Shown here in pieces: positions 1 to 13,454 of a stretch of 64,000 nucleotides of DNA. The notes under the pieces are model-generated. The model saw only the letters and a program-made list of their open reading frames with translations, made no database searches and was not told where the DNA came from. Both the position numbers and the translations under genes were made by a program. Positions within the stretch are counted from its first letter, which is position 1, and each line of letters begins with the position of its first letter. Source of the DNA: Flectonema sp. DT1601 (lineage: Eukaryota); NCBI GenBank assembly GCA_964019425.1, contig OZ025790.1, positions 1,364,001-1,428,000 on the forward strand, given 5' to 3'.

Positions 1-636
1 ATCCGCAGTTGCCAACAAGTGATTAATTTCAGCTTGGAAGTGAAAATGGTTATAATTGTTTTTCTCTCTCTATTTCTTTTTTGAAAATCATAAAACAAAT
101 AACAATAGCCGTGGGGGGGGGGGGTGTAGTGACGAGAGATCTCACTATTTTTTTGTACAAATAAATTCCTTCTTTTCTTTTTTGTATTTAACAACGAGTA
201 GTTGCAATAATCTAAAAAAAAGAACGTTTGGGAACATCACGTAGACCTCCTTCAGCTTCTATCTATCCGTCGTGGGTTTCTGTTTCGTGAAACAAGCGAA
301 AAGAAGAAAACACAACCGACTCTCTGCTTACAGATAATACTATATTGTTTTTTTGTCTCTCTCTCTATTTCTGTTTAGAATCATACAGCGAGTATTAGCT
401 GCGGTTCTTGTACAGCAATCCTCTTGAGAAGTGGATACTAATGTGCTGCTGACTACCCCATAGAAGTGAACAAATTCAAAGCACTTCCAAAGGGACAAAA
501 TTAGCTAAAATACGGAAGGCTAGTCCTCCCCGATGTGTGGCTTGTGAGGAGGGTCTGCTCATCCTTTTTTTACTTTTGGAGCAGGTATGAGAATCTTTCT
601 TTTCCTCCTTTTATTTCCAATCCCGTCACCCTCGGG

Positions 637-730
637 TGATGAGAGAATAGAGGTAAGAGGAAAATAGGTTACTCTTGAAACCTAAATAGTTACTTCAAAA
701 GACTCCTCGACAGATGTTAAATTATCGGGC
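637..730 (+). repeat. Truncated, decayed copy of the repeat that carries the permuted hammerhead at 20832-20900
   Basis: TGATGAGAGAATAGAGGTAAGAGG...TTACTCTTGAAACCTAAATAGTTAC closely matches 20854-20910; 5' leader missing and cleavage-site region changed (AGGAA vs AGGTA). Confidence 0.7.
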
Positions 731-1701
731 AGTTGTTTTAATGTGATCCAAGACAGTTGGGGCATTTCTTGATTTACATTTGTGACGGCTAGATGGAGTG
801 GAGTGTAGCGAGGGAATAGCACTTTGCCACATACCAGCTGTTGGCTGTAAATGCAGGTTATCACGTTTCCTTTTTGTTTTAAAATTTTTATATCAATTTG
901 ACTTCACGGCAGTTTGTTTAGAACATGCGATTTTGTGTGGACGGAATCCAGTTATAATGATTCATGTCTAATTTGTTGAGTGTTAACCCTTGATTTATTT
1001 ATCCAAGTTCCCCCCCGCCGCTTCCTGGAGTTCGTTATAGTTTAGTTTTTTAGTTATTAATTTAAGTACTCATGAGTTTCATAAGAAAAAAACTGTTACT
1101 GGTAACATTGGCAGGTAGTGTTCAACTACTGTTCACGGCCTCCAGTGACATTATTTATTAAAAAGCATCTTCAATGATGCAATCGAGAGATTACCTTGTT
1201 CTTAATTACCCATTACAAGATGGGCTTTTCCGTTTTGGTTTTTTTTTTTTTTTTTTTTTCTCTCCATCTCGAAGACATGTTGCGTAACGTTACTTTTTAT
1301 AGTTCTGTTTTTTGATTGTCGCACAAAATGTGAGAATTTTTTTTTTTTTTTTTTTTTTGAATTTAATAAGTGTTGTAAGATCTAACAAGAACGTAAACGT
1401 CCTTGTTATCGGTTTGTTGTAAATCGGTTTCATGAACAAAACAAAACCCATGAACGAGTGTTATATGTTTTCTGTACGGTTTTGTAATTAGAGTTCAGTT
1501 CTTAAAAACTGTATTTATAAATACCATTGAGATATCAAAAATCTCCAAAAAAAAAAAAAAAAAAAAAATTGTGTTGTTTGTTTTGTATTATTTATTATTT
1601 ATTAGTTTTTTTTTTTTTTTTTGATTGATGTGACCTGGTTCTTTTTTTGTTTTCCAAGTCAACATTATCAAAAGGTTGTTGTTTTTAAACAAAATATATA
1701 T

Positions 1702-3469
1702 GAGGCGGTGCAGAAACCCCCCCCCCAATTTTTACCAGGCTATTCTGTGGGCACCTAATACCCAATCCGAGCTCACCACCCCACGAAAATACTATCCAAA
1801 AAACTCAAATCCGGTACTGGGGCATCCTCTAACTGCTCACCAGTTTCAAAATTCTATATTTTTTGACTGTTTCTGGTACTTTTGCCTTGTGTCTCTGTTG
1901 GTTGCCCTCAAAATACTCAAAAACCAGCTTAGCAGCTACATTGCAGAAATTTGTTTACACCTGGGTTCCTATGAAGACTGGAATGATAGGAACAGGAGAA
2001 GTGATGAGACAGGAGAATCATAGATCCCGTGAGAACTGCAGAGTACGATATCGGGTGGTGATTCTGAGTCACCCTTGCTGGCAGTGATGATTGAGCAATG
2101 TGAGCATGCTGTTCACAATAAGTACACCCTCAGGATTACTGGAGTTTTTCTAGAATCTATAGCCGCTTGAGGACGCTGCTACAAGCTCTATGTTCCAGTG
2201 GCTGGGGATAGCAGAAGTGAATAAGACTGGGATAGTAGTAGGAAAGGAATTGTGGAAGAATAGGGACAAGAAGGTGGAGTCAGTGGTTGCCTGTCAGTTG
2301 TAACACCTGACATGAAAAATCAGGTTCAATAAGAACTGGTAACCACTAGTGGTACCATAATATAAAACTCCTCCATGTATCAAAAAAAGGAGAGAGGCGG
2401 TTACTGTTGCTGTTGAAAACATGATGACCTCGTATCAACTAGTCGATAATAACTCCCCTCTAAAAGACACTATCTCATACACACAGTACTGTTCTCTACC
2501 TGGAGTTGAGTTCCAGCAGTTACGACGCTGTACGAATGTGTGCAACTACCGTCTCATTGACAAGAATCCATGAAAGAAGCTTACCTGCCCGGCATCTTCA
2601 GTATTCGCCACATGTATCTGTGATGTTGACAGACGTAATGGGTGGATCTCTGGGGCCTTCAACATCATCGTAACTTCCTTCTGGCGCTCATAAAGTCCGA
2701 AGCTGAGAAGCGAACAACAATGAGAGGAATTATTGAAATAGATTCTCACATTGGAGATAAGAGACATGTCAGGTGTATTGAGAAGATACATCTAATCCAT
2801 CCTGGTGACTATATCATGACTCTGGATTATAAAGAAAAGGGCTTCTAATGCCAGAAGGGACAAATTCCCCTTTCTATCAACAGGGGAAATAGTCTGCTTG
2901 GATGTGTACTACATGAGCAGTTTGGAACTGAGGTTCAGTGTGGCCATAACAACTTCCTACTCCCACACATCAACCAGAATGCGATAGTAACGTATCCGGT
3001 TATGAATAAGTTCTTCTTGATGTCTGAGAATGACAGGATGATTCACTATTGGGCTGATGCTGGTAGGCACCTTGAGAACACAACCGTCATCAGCCTGTTC
3101 TGTAAAATAAGTTAATCAGCTTGGGTTAACTTTTTCCCTAGTCGGCATGGCAAGTCCGAATGTGATCGACACTTTGGCAATATCACATCTGTGCTGACAC
3201 TCGAATCTAAATCGCAGGAAATCTGGGCCTTCAAGAAAAGCAAAATTTCAAACATAATTTCTACCAGTGCTACACAGCTTACAAGGCAAATGTTACTAGA
3301 AACAGTCAAAAAAGTGAAATTTTTAAACTGGTGGACAGTAAAAGGGTGCCCCAGTACCGGATTTGAGTTTTTTGGATACTATTTTCGTGGGGTGGTGGGC
3401 TCGGATTGGGTGTTAGGTGCCCACGGGATAGCCTGGTAAAAATTGGGGGGGGGGTTTCTGCACATCCTC
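1702..3469 (+). mobile_element. Decayed DNA transposon, Sola2-like, with ~190-bp terminal inverted repeats
   Basis: 1702-~1890 is the imperfect reverse complement of ~3280-3469; termini GAG...CTC; ATAT on both sides (1698-1701, 3470-3473); internal stop-interrupted frame with IMTLDYKEK (~2815) and IHYWADAGRH (~3041), resembling Sola2 DF(x)EN and IHYFSDG motifs. Confidence 0.75.
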
Positions 3470-3634
3470 ATATGTTTAAACCTTTGTTTACATAAGCGAG
3501 TCTATTGATACCTGTTTATTTGGTCAAATATCTGAGGACAAAAATCAATCTTTTTCAACAATAGGAATAAAAACCACCTTGAGAGAAACAACAAAAAAAA
3601 AACATGATATGATTTCCTCCATCATCGTTCCCAA

Positions 3635-4969
3635 ATGACTGATAGCTGTGAGCTTTTTATTATGATCGTCAGATCAATAATTAAAAGTGTCTCTGTTGGA
3701 CCTTTGATTACATTTCCCTTGCTTCATAAGGCTTCTGATAGAATGAAGTGGCTTGGTCTATACGGATATAGTTTTGGAATACTAACTGGAGTACTGGGGT
3801 ATTTATGTAAAGCTGAAGTGTCTGGTGTCATCCCCAACACAGATCATCCTGGTAGCACTCATATTTACCTTAGAGAAATGTATGGACATCGTACAATAGG
3901 AAGGGCGTTGGCGTTTATCTGTTGTGCTGGAGAAATACTAATAATAGTTCCTGTGGATGCAGCTATTTTATATGTGGCTGCGTCGTTGCAGCTTGGAGAT
4001 AATTATCTGATGTTGTTGATGATGGTGATAGGATCTGTGTGTGTTCGAAGACAATGGTATGTTACGGTGTTGGCTGAGGCGATTCTCATTGTGGTGTTTG
4101 CCGTTCTTGTTTATTATCAAAGCAGCGGTGATATAATTGCAAGTGACGACTTGGGAAGTTCGGTGATGTTATCTTCGAGTGAATCGTTTACTCAGATCGT
4201 AATTACTATTTTAACAACTTCTGGACTCGGTCTCTGGGATCTCAAACCACTCGATATCCTGTCATCGTATGGTGAGCTATCCCAAAACCAAACATCTATC
4301 TCACTGGCATACGTTATGTCATCAATTATATCAGGAATCCTGTTGGTTGGAAAATGTTTCTTTTTGGTAAATGCATTTCCAACGTATTCTTGGAAATGGG
4401 GATACCCTTTAGACTACATAACAGCAATGTGTTTGTGTGTTGTTTCTAGTAGTGGGTGGGATACTGCCCATCAGGGTGCTTTGTCTTGTTCTAGTATGGG
4501 TTATATTGGAAGGAGTGTTGGAGGGAATTCACTAGTGTTTCAGATTGTGATTGTAATGCTTATCGTGACTGGTAGTAGTTGTGATTCTATAAACGTCTTA
4601 ATTAGTTGTAGTGTCGGAGTTCAGATACTGACGAGTAGTATTCCTGTGAGCTTTTCTGTTGTGGTTTTTAGATTTTTTCATCCGGAAGTTTTTCGTCCGT
4701 TTGTTGTTTTGTTTAATCCCGTAGTTCCACTATTGTCATCAACGTTTTTCTTATTGGTATTCTTGTCAACACCAACCGTCCTATCGGAGTGGCCTGTTTT
4801 CGAATTCTGTCTGTTGTCTTATTTCTTGTTGATTCTTTTTTTTTTAGTGTTTGCTTTCTCAAGAGGATATTGGCCCAGTAGTGATCCCGTGAAGGAAAAA
4901 AAGTGGAGGAAATGCGATGCTCATGAAAGGTTGTATTCCTCGGTTCTCGCTCCAGGACTTTTGATTTGA
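3635..4969 (+). CDS. Multi-pass membrane protein, divergent APC-superfamily amino-acid permease
   Basis: 444-aa ORF with many hydrophobic segments; GSTHIYL...G motif and C-terminal HPEVFRPFVVLFNPVVPLLS resemble cationic amino-acid transporters. Confidence 0.6.
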   Translation: MTDSCELFIMIVRSIIKSVSVGPLITFPLLHKASDRMKWLGLYGYSFGILTGVLGYLCKAEVSGVIPNTDHPGSTHIYLREMYGHRTIGRALAFICCAGEILIIVPVDAAILYVAASLQLGDNYLMLLMMVIGSVCVRRQWYVTVLAEAILIVVFAVLVYYQSSGDIIASDDLGSSVMLSSSESFTQIVITILTTSGLGLWDLKPLDILSSYGELSQNQTSISLAYVMSSIISGILLVGKCFFLVNAFPTYSWKWGYPLDYITAMCLCVVSSSGWDTAHQGALSCSSMGYIGRSVGGNSLVFQIVIVMLIVTGSSCDSINVLISCSVGVQILTSSIPVSFSVVVFRFFHPEVFRPFVVLFNPVVPLLSSTFFLLVFLSTPTVLSEWPVFEFCLLSYFLLILFFLVFAFSRGYWPSSDPVKEKKWRKCDAHERLYSSVLAPGLLI

Positions 4970-5588
4970 TGAAGGCGGAGAAATCTTTTTTTTAATTTCT
5001 TTTTTAATGTTTAATATCCGTAACGATAAAGAAGTAACTTTTCTGACTTTGGTTTTTTGCACCGACAGGTGTTTTCTCAGGAAAACGAAAGAAAATTGTT
5101 GTACTCATATTTACACAGCGATTGTTGACTAACTTTCTAAAATCAAGTTCACCTCTCTGAAAGCAGAAGTGCACCTGACTTACTTAGAAGGGAGTCGTAG
5201 CAATTTTTTGGTTCTAAACTATTTTTTACTCTGCCGAGGTGCGATTTTTCTTTTATTTTTTAAGCTAAACTATTATACAACGCTGCCTGCTTTGTGTATG
5301 TGGGTTGTTATTTACACTACTGGTATGGGTTACTAAAATTAAATAAAGTTTTTTCTTTTTTTTTTTAAAAAGACGATGGTGTTTTCTCTTGTTTTGTTTT
5401 ATGTTTTTTCTATTATACAGTATTGAGAACACAAAAAAAAAAAAAAAAAAAATACTATAAAAACAACTGAATGATGGACATTAGTGGACATTAGTGGAGA
5501 GGAATTAATTTATTGGTTTTTTTTTTTTTAATTTTTTCCCTTCCAACTCCTCCAACAAACAGGTACAGGGTACGCTTGCGGTTATCGC

Positions 5589-7773
5589 ATGGCGTACAGC
5601 CACAATCCATATGGGGGCAACAAGGGGGCTAAGAGAGGGTCAGAAGAACCCGCAAACAGCCCTTCCAGTGTAGGATCTCCACAGAGTGTTGAACCATTTC
5701 CGACTGCTAACGGGAATGCTGATACTGCATCGACTGATCCTGACCCGAGACTGCTTGCGTTTAGACAGGCAGCTGAGAATAGTGTGACACAGTGCAATGT
5801 TCAGTCTTTTAGTGGGAATCAGTCATTCGGTGGAGGGAATTTTAGTGGTGTCAACTCACCGTATGATTCACCAACAGCATCGATGAGTGGAGAGCTTGGT
5901 TACGGTCAAAACGTACCAGTGCCGACCGCATTCCATGCAGCAAGAGTTGCTCTTGACACGACATTATCACCCGGAGGTACATTCACTTCAGTCAATGATA
6001 TGCCGTTATTGGGTACTTTTAGTGGAGCAGTTCCAGAACAGGGATCTCCTGCTAGAAGTAGTTCTCCGAATTATCGACACAATCCCTACGGTGATAAGAA
6101 TGACCCGAGTGGTACATTTGGATCAGATGCGGGTCTAAGTCCACCGTGTGGAGCTAATGCTACTTTCTGTAGTGATATGCCAGTATTAGGAACCTTTACA
6201 AGTGAGTGTAGTTTGATGAATGCTGCTCAACAAGCTGCTGCTGCAGCTGAAAATTTCGAGCATCAGACACAACCACAGCAACAACAACAACAAACACAGT
6301 CACAACAACACATTGATCCATTTGGTAGTACTGAAGGTGGTTCTGGAACAATGCAAGTTGATCCTCGTCTACTTGAGTTCCGAGCTAGGGCACAAGCCCA
6401 GATCGATGCGATTGACACAAATATGACTCTCAGTAATACACAACTACCTGCTTCAAGAGAAAGCTCTCCTTTTAACAGTTTCTCAAGTCCCGTACTTCCA
6501 ATTGCACCAGTTCTTCCTGCTAAGGTTCATTCACCTGCTGTAAGTCCTACTCACCATGATGGAATATTAAAGTTACCTGATCCGTTTCAGAGTCCCAACG
6601 AGCAGCTTGTTACGGTTTATAAAGAGCCAAATGAGAGGCTACCTGTCCGTTGGCATTCAAAATATCTTCAGGTTATTGGAGTAAAGTCTGCTGGTTCTCC
6701 GTCGGCTAAAAACTGGTCAAATCTCGAGAGGGTGAATGGAATGGTTTTAACACATGTTAATGGTGTATCAGTGCAAAATGTATGTGATAACTGTTTTTGT
6801 ATGTTACCATTAGCAATAAATGTAATAACCAAACTAACAACAGAGTAAAGACTTTTCCGCTGTCACTGCTGGCGCTACGACCCTCAAGCTTCGATTTGTG
6901 GTATGTAGTTTGCTTTGATTCTATATGTGCAATGGTGGAATGCTTGGGGAAAAAAAAAAAAAAAAAAAAACAGCAACCAAGCGGTCGGCCGAGAAAGAAG
7001 GAAGATGCTCCAATAAACCAGCCGCTTAGGGTTCCACCCGCTCCTCCTCTACCTCCGCAATTGACTGACGTTGCTCCGGCAATTGATCTTCCTACGGCAG
7101 TTATCATACAATTTAAGGTTTGTAATCTTTTTTTTGAAAAAAAACAAACTTATTTTGGAAGAAATTAACATAAAAAACACCAACAACAACAACAGTATGG
7201 TCGCAAGGCCGAATTCAGCACCAGCATGCCCCCCGAACAAATAAGGCAACACATAAACGAATATTGGATTGTGGAGGCTGCTAAGGTATGTAAATCTATT
7301 TGGGTTATTTGTGTTGATTCATCAATAATGATTATTTAAAAAAAAAACCTCGACAGGGAATCGATCTTGGGATGATATCGGGACATCGTCCAAACAACGA
7401 TGAGTCAAAGTCACCTCAATATCGTCTTGTGAGACCAGCAGAGTTGGTTGAAATTAGGACTTGGGAAACTGATCGGGTTGCTAATGAGGAAAGAGCTTTG
7501 CAGTTTATTGTTGATAAGGCAAGGAAGTTAAAGGCACCTGTGACGGTTCACCGAACTGAATTTCAGTTTGATATGTTGAAACTGACGATCCATTATAGCA
7601 GTGCAGTGGCGAAACCGGATTTTAGGCAGCTGCTTCACGATTCATTTCGGGAATTTAAGTGTAGAATTTGGATGAATAACTGCCAACCCTTACCAGGACA
7701 ACCCGGCGATACAATTGAACTTCATTCCAACGTTGTAATTCCTCGGCCTGGGGGAACGCAAACTCTAGTTTAG
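5589..7773 (+). CDS. PSP1 C-terminal-domain protein with PDZ-like segment, 5 exons (5589-6779, 6844-6900, 6974-7117, 7196-7285, 7357-7773)
   Basis: Four phase-0 GT-AG introns give one open frame; VEAAKGIDLG, EFQFDMLKLTIHY and DFRQLL...FKCRIWM match PSP1-C; VLTHVNGVSV is PDZ-like. Confidence 0.85.
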
Positions 7774-8944
7774 AAGCCGTGTTTATTTTAAACAGGCAGA
7801 ACTACCCCAACTGTTACTTTCGAACTCACTGCATCCACACAAGAAGATCAGTAGGGAAATTTTTTCGGTGGCGATCACTTCACTTGTTTGTATCCACAAA
7901 ACTTAATAAGTCTTCTTGTGGGTGAGTGTTTTTTGTGATTCTAAACCTTGAAAAAGGAGGAGGGAAAAAAAAAAAAAAAAAAAAAAAAAAACCCAGAGTG
8001 CAGACAAAAATGCGAGACCATCATTCTTGGGAAAGAAAAAAAAAAAAAAAAAAAAGGGAAGAAAAACTTCCGAGTTGGCGAAAACAAGTAAAGGAAAAAG
8101 TAAAAAACCGTAAAGCTACCCTCCTTCCAAAATATTTCCCTCATCCCCGAATTCCCATATTCGACAGCAGTAATAGGTTTTATCGATACCGACTGTTGGT
8201 TTTTGTTGACAACCAAAGTTTAGTCGAATTCCTATTTTTTAATTTATAGTCGGTTTCAAGATGTTTTTTTTTTATACTTAATTGCAGTATCAAGTTGCCC
8301 ACCCACACACCCTATCTTTGTTTCGTGTCTGCAGAGCTGTGCGTTGTGTTCATGATGCAGGGAGGATCATATTCGCTGTTCTGACTTATTCTGCTGTTTG
8401 CAAACTCATTAATTAATTTAATTTACCTAAAAGGAGGAGAGATGACTTTGATTGGGTCATCAGGAGGGGGATGAGAAGGGTTTACATCCCTTGTTCACAC
8501 ACAAAAAAAAAAAAAAAAAAAAATCGCGAATTCACCCAACCAATTTTTTTTTTTTTTTTTTTTTTTTTAATTTTCATCTTCGTGTTGCACGACAAAAAGG
8601 GTGTTGGCCAATCTTTTTTTCTTTTTTTTTTTTTTTTCTTAAAAGGGAGGTGAGAGGGAGAGCAAAATCCTCGGAACTAGCGATCCTTTTAAAACTATAA
8701 ACAATCTCAGTGCATTCTTTTTTTGATGCTTTTTTTTTTAAACACCTGTGCAGACTTTTTTCTAATACTACTATTCAGCTTTGGGTTTTGTTGGGATGAG
8801 AAAATAATGAAACAAGGTTGAAGTAACCTCTGGTTTACGTTTTCAGTTATAAAGTATGTCGTTGGTTTTAAATGCTCTTTTTTTCTTAGAGAGGATCTGG
8901 TAAAAGGTCACTCTTCGTTTTTTTTTTGTTTCTTCCTTTTATTC

Positions 8945-8975
<31 letters not shown>

Positions 8976-9167
8976 GGCAGAATATATAGTTTGTTACGGT
9001 ATCTAATTGCCACCTCCTCCTCCTCATCTTTTTTTTTTTTTTTTTTTTGTGTTGTGCAATTTCGAAGCGATTACTCATGTTGGTTCGTTTTTTCTCTCCT
9101 TTTTTTTTTTTTTTTCTCCTAGAAAGTAATTCTAATTATCATAGCGCCCTTTTATGGATTCAGCACC

Positions 9168-9203
<36 letters not shown>

Positions 9204-9436
9204 CCGTTCAAGTAACATAAATCATTATAAAATTAAACTTTTTTCTTCCTTTTTAAAGGAATATATTTTTTTTTGGTTATTTGATTTTGCAGTGAGCTAA
9301 AACAATAAGCCGAACAACAGCCGTTGGCTTGGGTTCAAAAACGTAAAAGTAAGAAATTAGTTTTACTGCAAGATCCATGTGACGAGACTGGGCTTTAATA
9401 GTTCTTCCCAAGGGGGGATTATTATTATTTGTTCTC

Positions 9437-9474
<38 letters not shown>

Positions 9475-10700
9475 ATTGGCCAATAGCTTCTTGTTTCAAT
9501 TTATATCATTTTGTTTCCTATAATACGTGCCTGTTACTTTTTTTTTTTTTTTTTCAAACAACTAAAAAAAAAAAAAAAAAAAAAAGAAAGGAAACCAGCA
9601 AGTACAAACATATGGATTAGAATAAAAATAGACCCGCATGGTTCATGCATCGATATTTTTTTTCTTTTTCTAATTTTCATTTCTCGCACCTAAGCTAAGA
9701 ACGTGAATGACAAAGTAGCTCTTCTTATGCTTCTTTTCTTTAGTTCACGAGTTCTTTTTTTTTATATCGTGTAATCAACAAGTTCCACACAAAAAAAAAA
9801 AAAAAAAAAAATGTTGATTCAGGTGTTGTTCCGTAAGTACTTTGAGTTTAGGTGTAAAAAAAAAAAAAAAAAAACATTAAAAAACACACGATTTTTTTTT
9901 TTTTCCGAAAACTTTTCTTCCCGTCCCAAATGATTTGGTTTTTTTTTTTTTTCCCCCATTCCTTTTTTTTCTTTCTTCGAAAAAACAAATTTCTTTCGTC
10001 TTGCTGTTCTTTGTTTTTTTTTTTTTTTCCCGCCTCCATCCCCCGCAGTGCGAGAAGCGTGTTGGCAAAAGTAACACTGTTGCCTTGGAAGGCCTACGGT
10101 AAGACTACTTTATTTTCCTTCTATTTTGTTTAAGAATCTAAGGCTTACATTTTTGTTTGTCAAAGAAAACTATATTTTTTTAGGCCCAATTTAGGGGGGG
10201 GGAAAAACAAAAGAGAGAGAGAGAGATGTGTGTGTTGAGAAAAGGTCGAAAAAAAAAAAAATTACACGTTCTTGTTCCCACATGGAATTGAAGGCAAAAA
10301 AGAATTCCCTAGAAGGGATGGGAAAAAAAAAAGAATTGGGGGGAAATCGTGAGTGATATTTCCAAGAACGTATGATGGATACTTTTAGGTATAAATTCAA
10401 TGCAAGAGAAGAAAAAAAAAAAAAAACAGGAAAAAAAAAAAAAAAAAGAAAATTGTTTAGGGAAGAATGAACAACGCAATCGAAGTGTTTATTCCAACCT
10501 TCGACCGCTGCTATTTGCGTTTTTTACAAATCTGTTTTTTTTTCTTTCTTTTTTTTTTTTTTTTCTCTTTTCTTTTTTTTTTTAAGTATGGCAAAAAAAA
10601 AAAAAAAAAAAAAATCAATTCAAAATCTCATTCAATATTACAATTCACTACTTTCACAGCATCGAAGTCAACTTATTTTAGTAATCTCATCATCTTACTG

Positions 10701-13202
10701 ATGGTGAATGATGATGATGATGGTTTTGAGAAATTCTACGAAGGATTGGACGAGGGAACAGCTCCAATCATCGATTTGACAGAAACTGAAACATTACAAC
10801 CTTTTGGAGAAGTAAATAAAATAAAATCAAATAGATCCTACGAAGATGAGCAGAACAGTGACGTCAGTGATGTGAGTTCCACTATAGTACTGCCCTCAAC
10901 AGATATGATTAAGGAATCTGAGTTATACGAAGAAACTACGAGCAGAATGGCTGTGGAGAAAATGGAAACGTGTGATTGGAAAACTATAACAACAACAGCA
11001 GTGGAAGAAGAACAAAATCCTTTCTTTGGAAAGTGTCGAAGACCAACCCCAACAGAAACAGATTACCCTCAACAATATCAAAGGAGGCTATCGATGGGTT
11101 TTTCAGCTTTAAGGAGGTGCTCTCTGGAACATAAAAAACATCAAATTTGTATCATCAGAAAACCATCTCTCATAACCGACAACAGAACCAAAGAAGAAGT
11201 CATCAAAACATCTGCAGCTAAACTTTTGGAACTTCATTCAATCGCTAATAAACTGAACCATTCTCTGACTGTGGAAAGGTCAGCAGCAACCAGTGCGTAT
11301 CTCATGATTGACGGATCAAAATCATCAACTCCCTCCTCTCTGGCAGAAGCGGTCGAAACGATCTCAAACGCCGGAGCTAAGGAGTTTGAGATTCATGAAA
11401 AATGGCAAGCAGCGAAGAACAGGTTCACTCTCTCTCATGAAGACAGTGTTCTCTGGAATCATCATTTACAGACAATGGACTCAGTAGATGCTGCCATTCA
11501 TCACAATAGATTCTCTCAAGTTAAAGCATTTGATAACAGAGTTAGAAATAGTACCTCGATAGTTAGAATTTCTGAGAGGGGACTCGAAGCATCTGCTAAG
11601 AACAAAATGAAATTGAAAGAAAAATTCGAAGCTGAGGCGATGCAACACAAACACTACCTTGAAAAACTTGAGTTGGAAAGGACAAAATTAAAGGAGGCAA
11701 TTGATCAATCGTATGGTGAAAAGAAGGTCTCCTCTATGAACCGATACTTGTATTTGAGTGAAGAAGTCGTTCCGTCAGTTACGTCAGAATTTCAAAAACT
11801 TCTTGAGGACGAACCTCCACAACTAACCAAAGACGAAGAACGTATCCTTCGCGGTATTGAAGCAAAAAAACGACAAGCAGCCATCTCCCGTGAGCAAAAA
11901 CAAGAGATTTCGAGGAACGTTTTGAAAGCGAAGAGGGAATACGCTCGGAACAATATCGACGACCTCAAGGAAAGACTAGTCGTAAGGGCGAAGGTTTCTC
12001 TGGAATTTCAATCTTCGATCCATTTTACCTGCAGCACCCTAATTCTAAAAGCAGAATACAAAGCACTTCAGCGAGCTATACAAGATCTCAACAGACTACT
12101 GTCATTGTACATCGGTAATGATGAATGTGAAGACCAACTAATCATCCTTCAATGGAAGCTTTCTGTAGAGGAACAGAGAGTCGAAATCGACAGACTCTTA
12201 TCGCAAGTATTAGAGTCTCGAACTGAAGATTCTTCCTTAGCAGAGCTTGAAGAGAAAGAAAGAGTTGTACATCGGACAATGGTTGCTGAAGAAAGACAGA
12301 ACCAACGAGTATCAGAAACCGCCTTCTTAGAAAACATGGCTGACATAGCATTGTTAAGCAGACGTGTCTCTCAAGTGTTATCACCACCGAATGCTGCCCC
12401 ACCTTCATACTGGATTCAACCGGACCCGTCTACTTTTGATACGAATAATATGTTACCTGGAACATGGGTTTCTGCATTAAAGTCATCCATGATAACCTCA
12501 TTTAAAAATTGTACTCCGATGCTTCAACCAAAAAAAACGAGTTTACCGATTGGGTCACCAACACCATATTATATGCTTGATCTTGAGAGGACTGGAAACA
12601 CTTATGAGTTGCTTTCAGGGATCTCACCCATTGTGAAGTCAGCTGTATACAATAGAACATTCTTATTCAGTTTGTTTGTTATATCTGCGTGTGGTGTGTT
12701 GTCTGTGACGGATAATTCTCCTGTCGTTGTTAAAAAATTATCTAATGATTTGGTAGTGTTTCCTTCAATAAGAAAACCGACCTGCAGAGTTTCAAGAAGG
12801 AATCTACGAACCCGACCGAGAGAAATAATATCGTCGATGGATGATGAGTGCAGTGATAGTGGTTGTGATTTTGTTAAGGTGAGCACTCCTAAAAAGAATA
12901 CTTCTTCGAGTCCTAAAAAACGACGACGTAAGCAAATTGTTGATGAGCCAACCAGCCCAAAAGTCTTCACGCAAGCCACCACATTCTTCAAAGATCTGAA
13001 GACATCACCACGAGAGTTGTCGAGTTCTCTAACTTCGCCAGTCAATTCAGACAATTGTCGCATCCCATCTCTTGGTCTGAACCTCTCAGATCGTCAAACA
13101 AAGGTCTGCGGGATAGCGAAGAAGCAAAGGATACTTCGTAGGAGGCAGAAAGCGTTGCTTCAGGATTTGAAAGATTCCAGAGAGGAACGATTTATGAAAT
13201 AA
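10701..13202 (+). CDS. Uncharacterised coiled-coil-rich protein (~833 aa)
   Basis: Long open frame; the first 78 codons of the ORF-track call are poly-T/poly-A, so the start was moved to ATG 10701 (MVNDDDD). Confidence 0.7.
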   Translation: MVNDDDDGFEKFYEGLDEGTAPIIDLTETETLQPFGEVNKIKSNRSYEDEQNSDVSDVSSTIVLPSTDMIKESELYEETTSRMAVEKMETCDWKTITTTAVEEEQNPFFGKCRRPTPTETDYPQQYQRRLSMGFSALRRCSLEHKKHQICIIRKPSLITDNRTKEEVIKTSAAKLLELHSIANKLNHSLTVERSAATSAYLMIDGSKSSTPSSLAEAVETISNAGAKEFEIHEKWQAAKNRFTLSHEDSVLWNHHLQTMDSVDAAIHHNRFSQVKAFDNRVRNSTSIVRISERGLEASAKNKMKLKEKFEAEAMQHKHYLEKLELERTKLKEAIDQSYGEKKVSSMNRYLYLSEEVVPSVTSEFQKLLEDEPPQLTKDEERILRGIEAKKRQAAISREQKQEISRNVLKAKREYARNNIDDLKERLVVRAKVSLEFQSSIHFTCSTLILKAEYKALQRAIQDLNRLLSLYIGNDECEDQLIILQWKLSVEEQRVEIDRLLSQVLESRTEDSSLAELEEKERVVHRTMVAEERQNQRVSETAFLENMADIALLSRRVSQVLSPPNAAPPSYWIQPDPSTFDTNNMLPGTWVSALKSSMITSFKNCTPMLQPKKTSLPIGSPTPYYMLDLERTGNTYELLSGISPIVKSAVYNRTFLFSLFVISACGVLSVTDNSPVVVKKLSNDLVVFPSIRKPTCRVSRRNLRTRPREIISSMDDECSDSGCDFVKVSTPKKNTSSSPKKRRRKQIVDEPTSPKVFTQATTFFKDLKTSPRELSSSLTSPVNSDNCRIPSLGLNLSDRQTKVCGIAKKQRILRRRQKALLQDLKDSREERFMK

Positions 13203-13423
13203 ATAAAATGATGATCATCGACACCATTGAGGGGAAACTTTGGTTGACACGGCTCATACTACTCACCTGACGGATATTGATTATCTCTGGTCAGTGATAT
13301 GCAAAACTACTTGTTTTGTTCAATTCTTTTTTTTTTTTACACATCTTTTCATTAATACTTGACTTGTTAGATTTTCGTATTCATCGCCTGCTGGTCTTCT
13401 TCTCAGTGAGCAGCCTTATTCCG

Positions 13424-13454
<31 letters not shown>

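Noticed and set aside
7926..10700. Many short poly-Phe/poly-Lys ORFs here and in other intergenic regions
   Set aside because: Translations of poly(T)/poly(A) tracts
13208..13270. Box C/D snoRNA candidates (also 23585-23659 and 52624-52698)
   Set aside because: C and D boxes are short and common in this DNA; no convincing terminal stem or rRNA-complementary guide found
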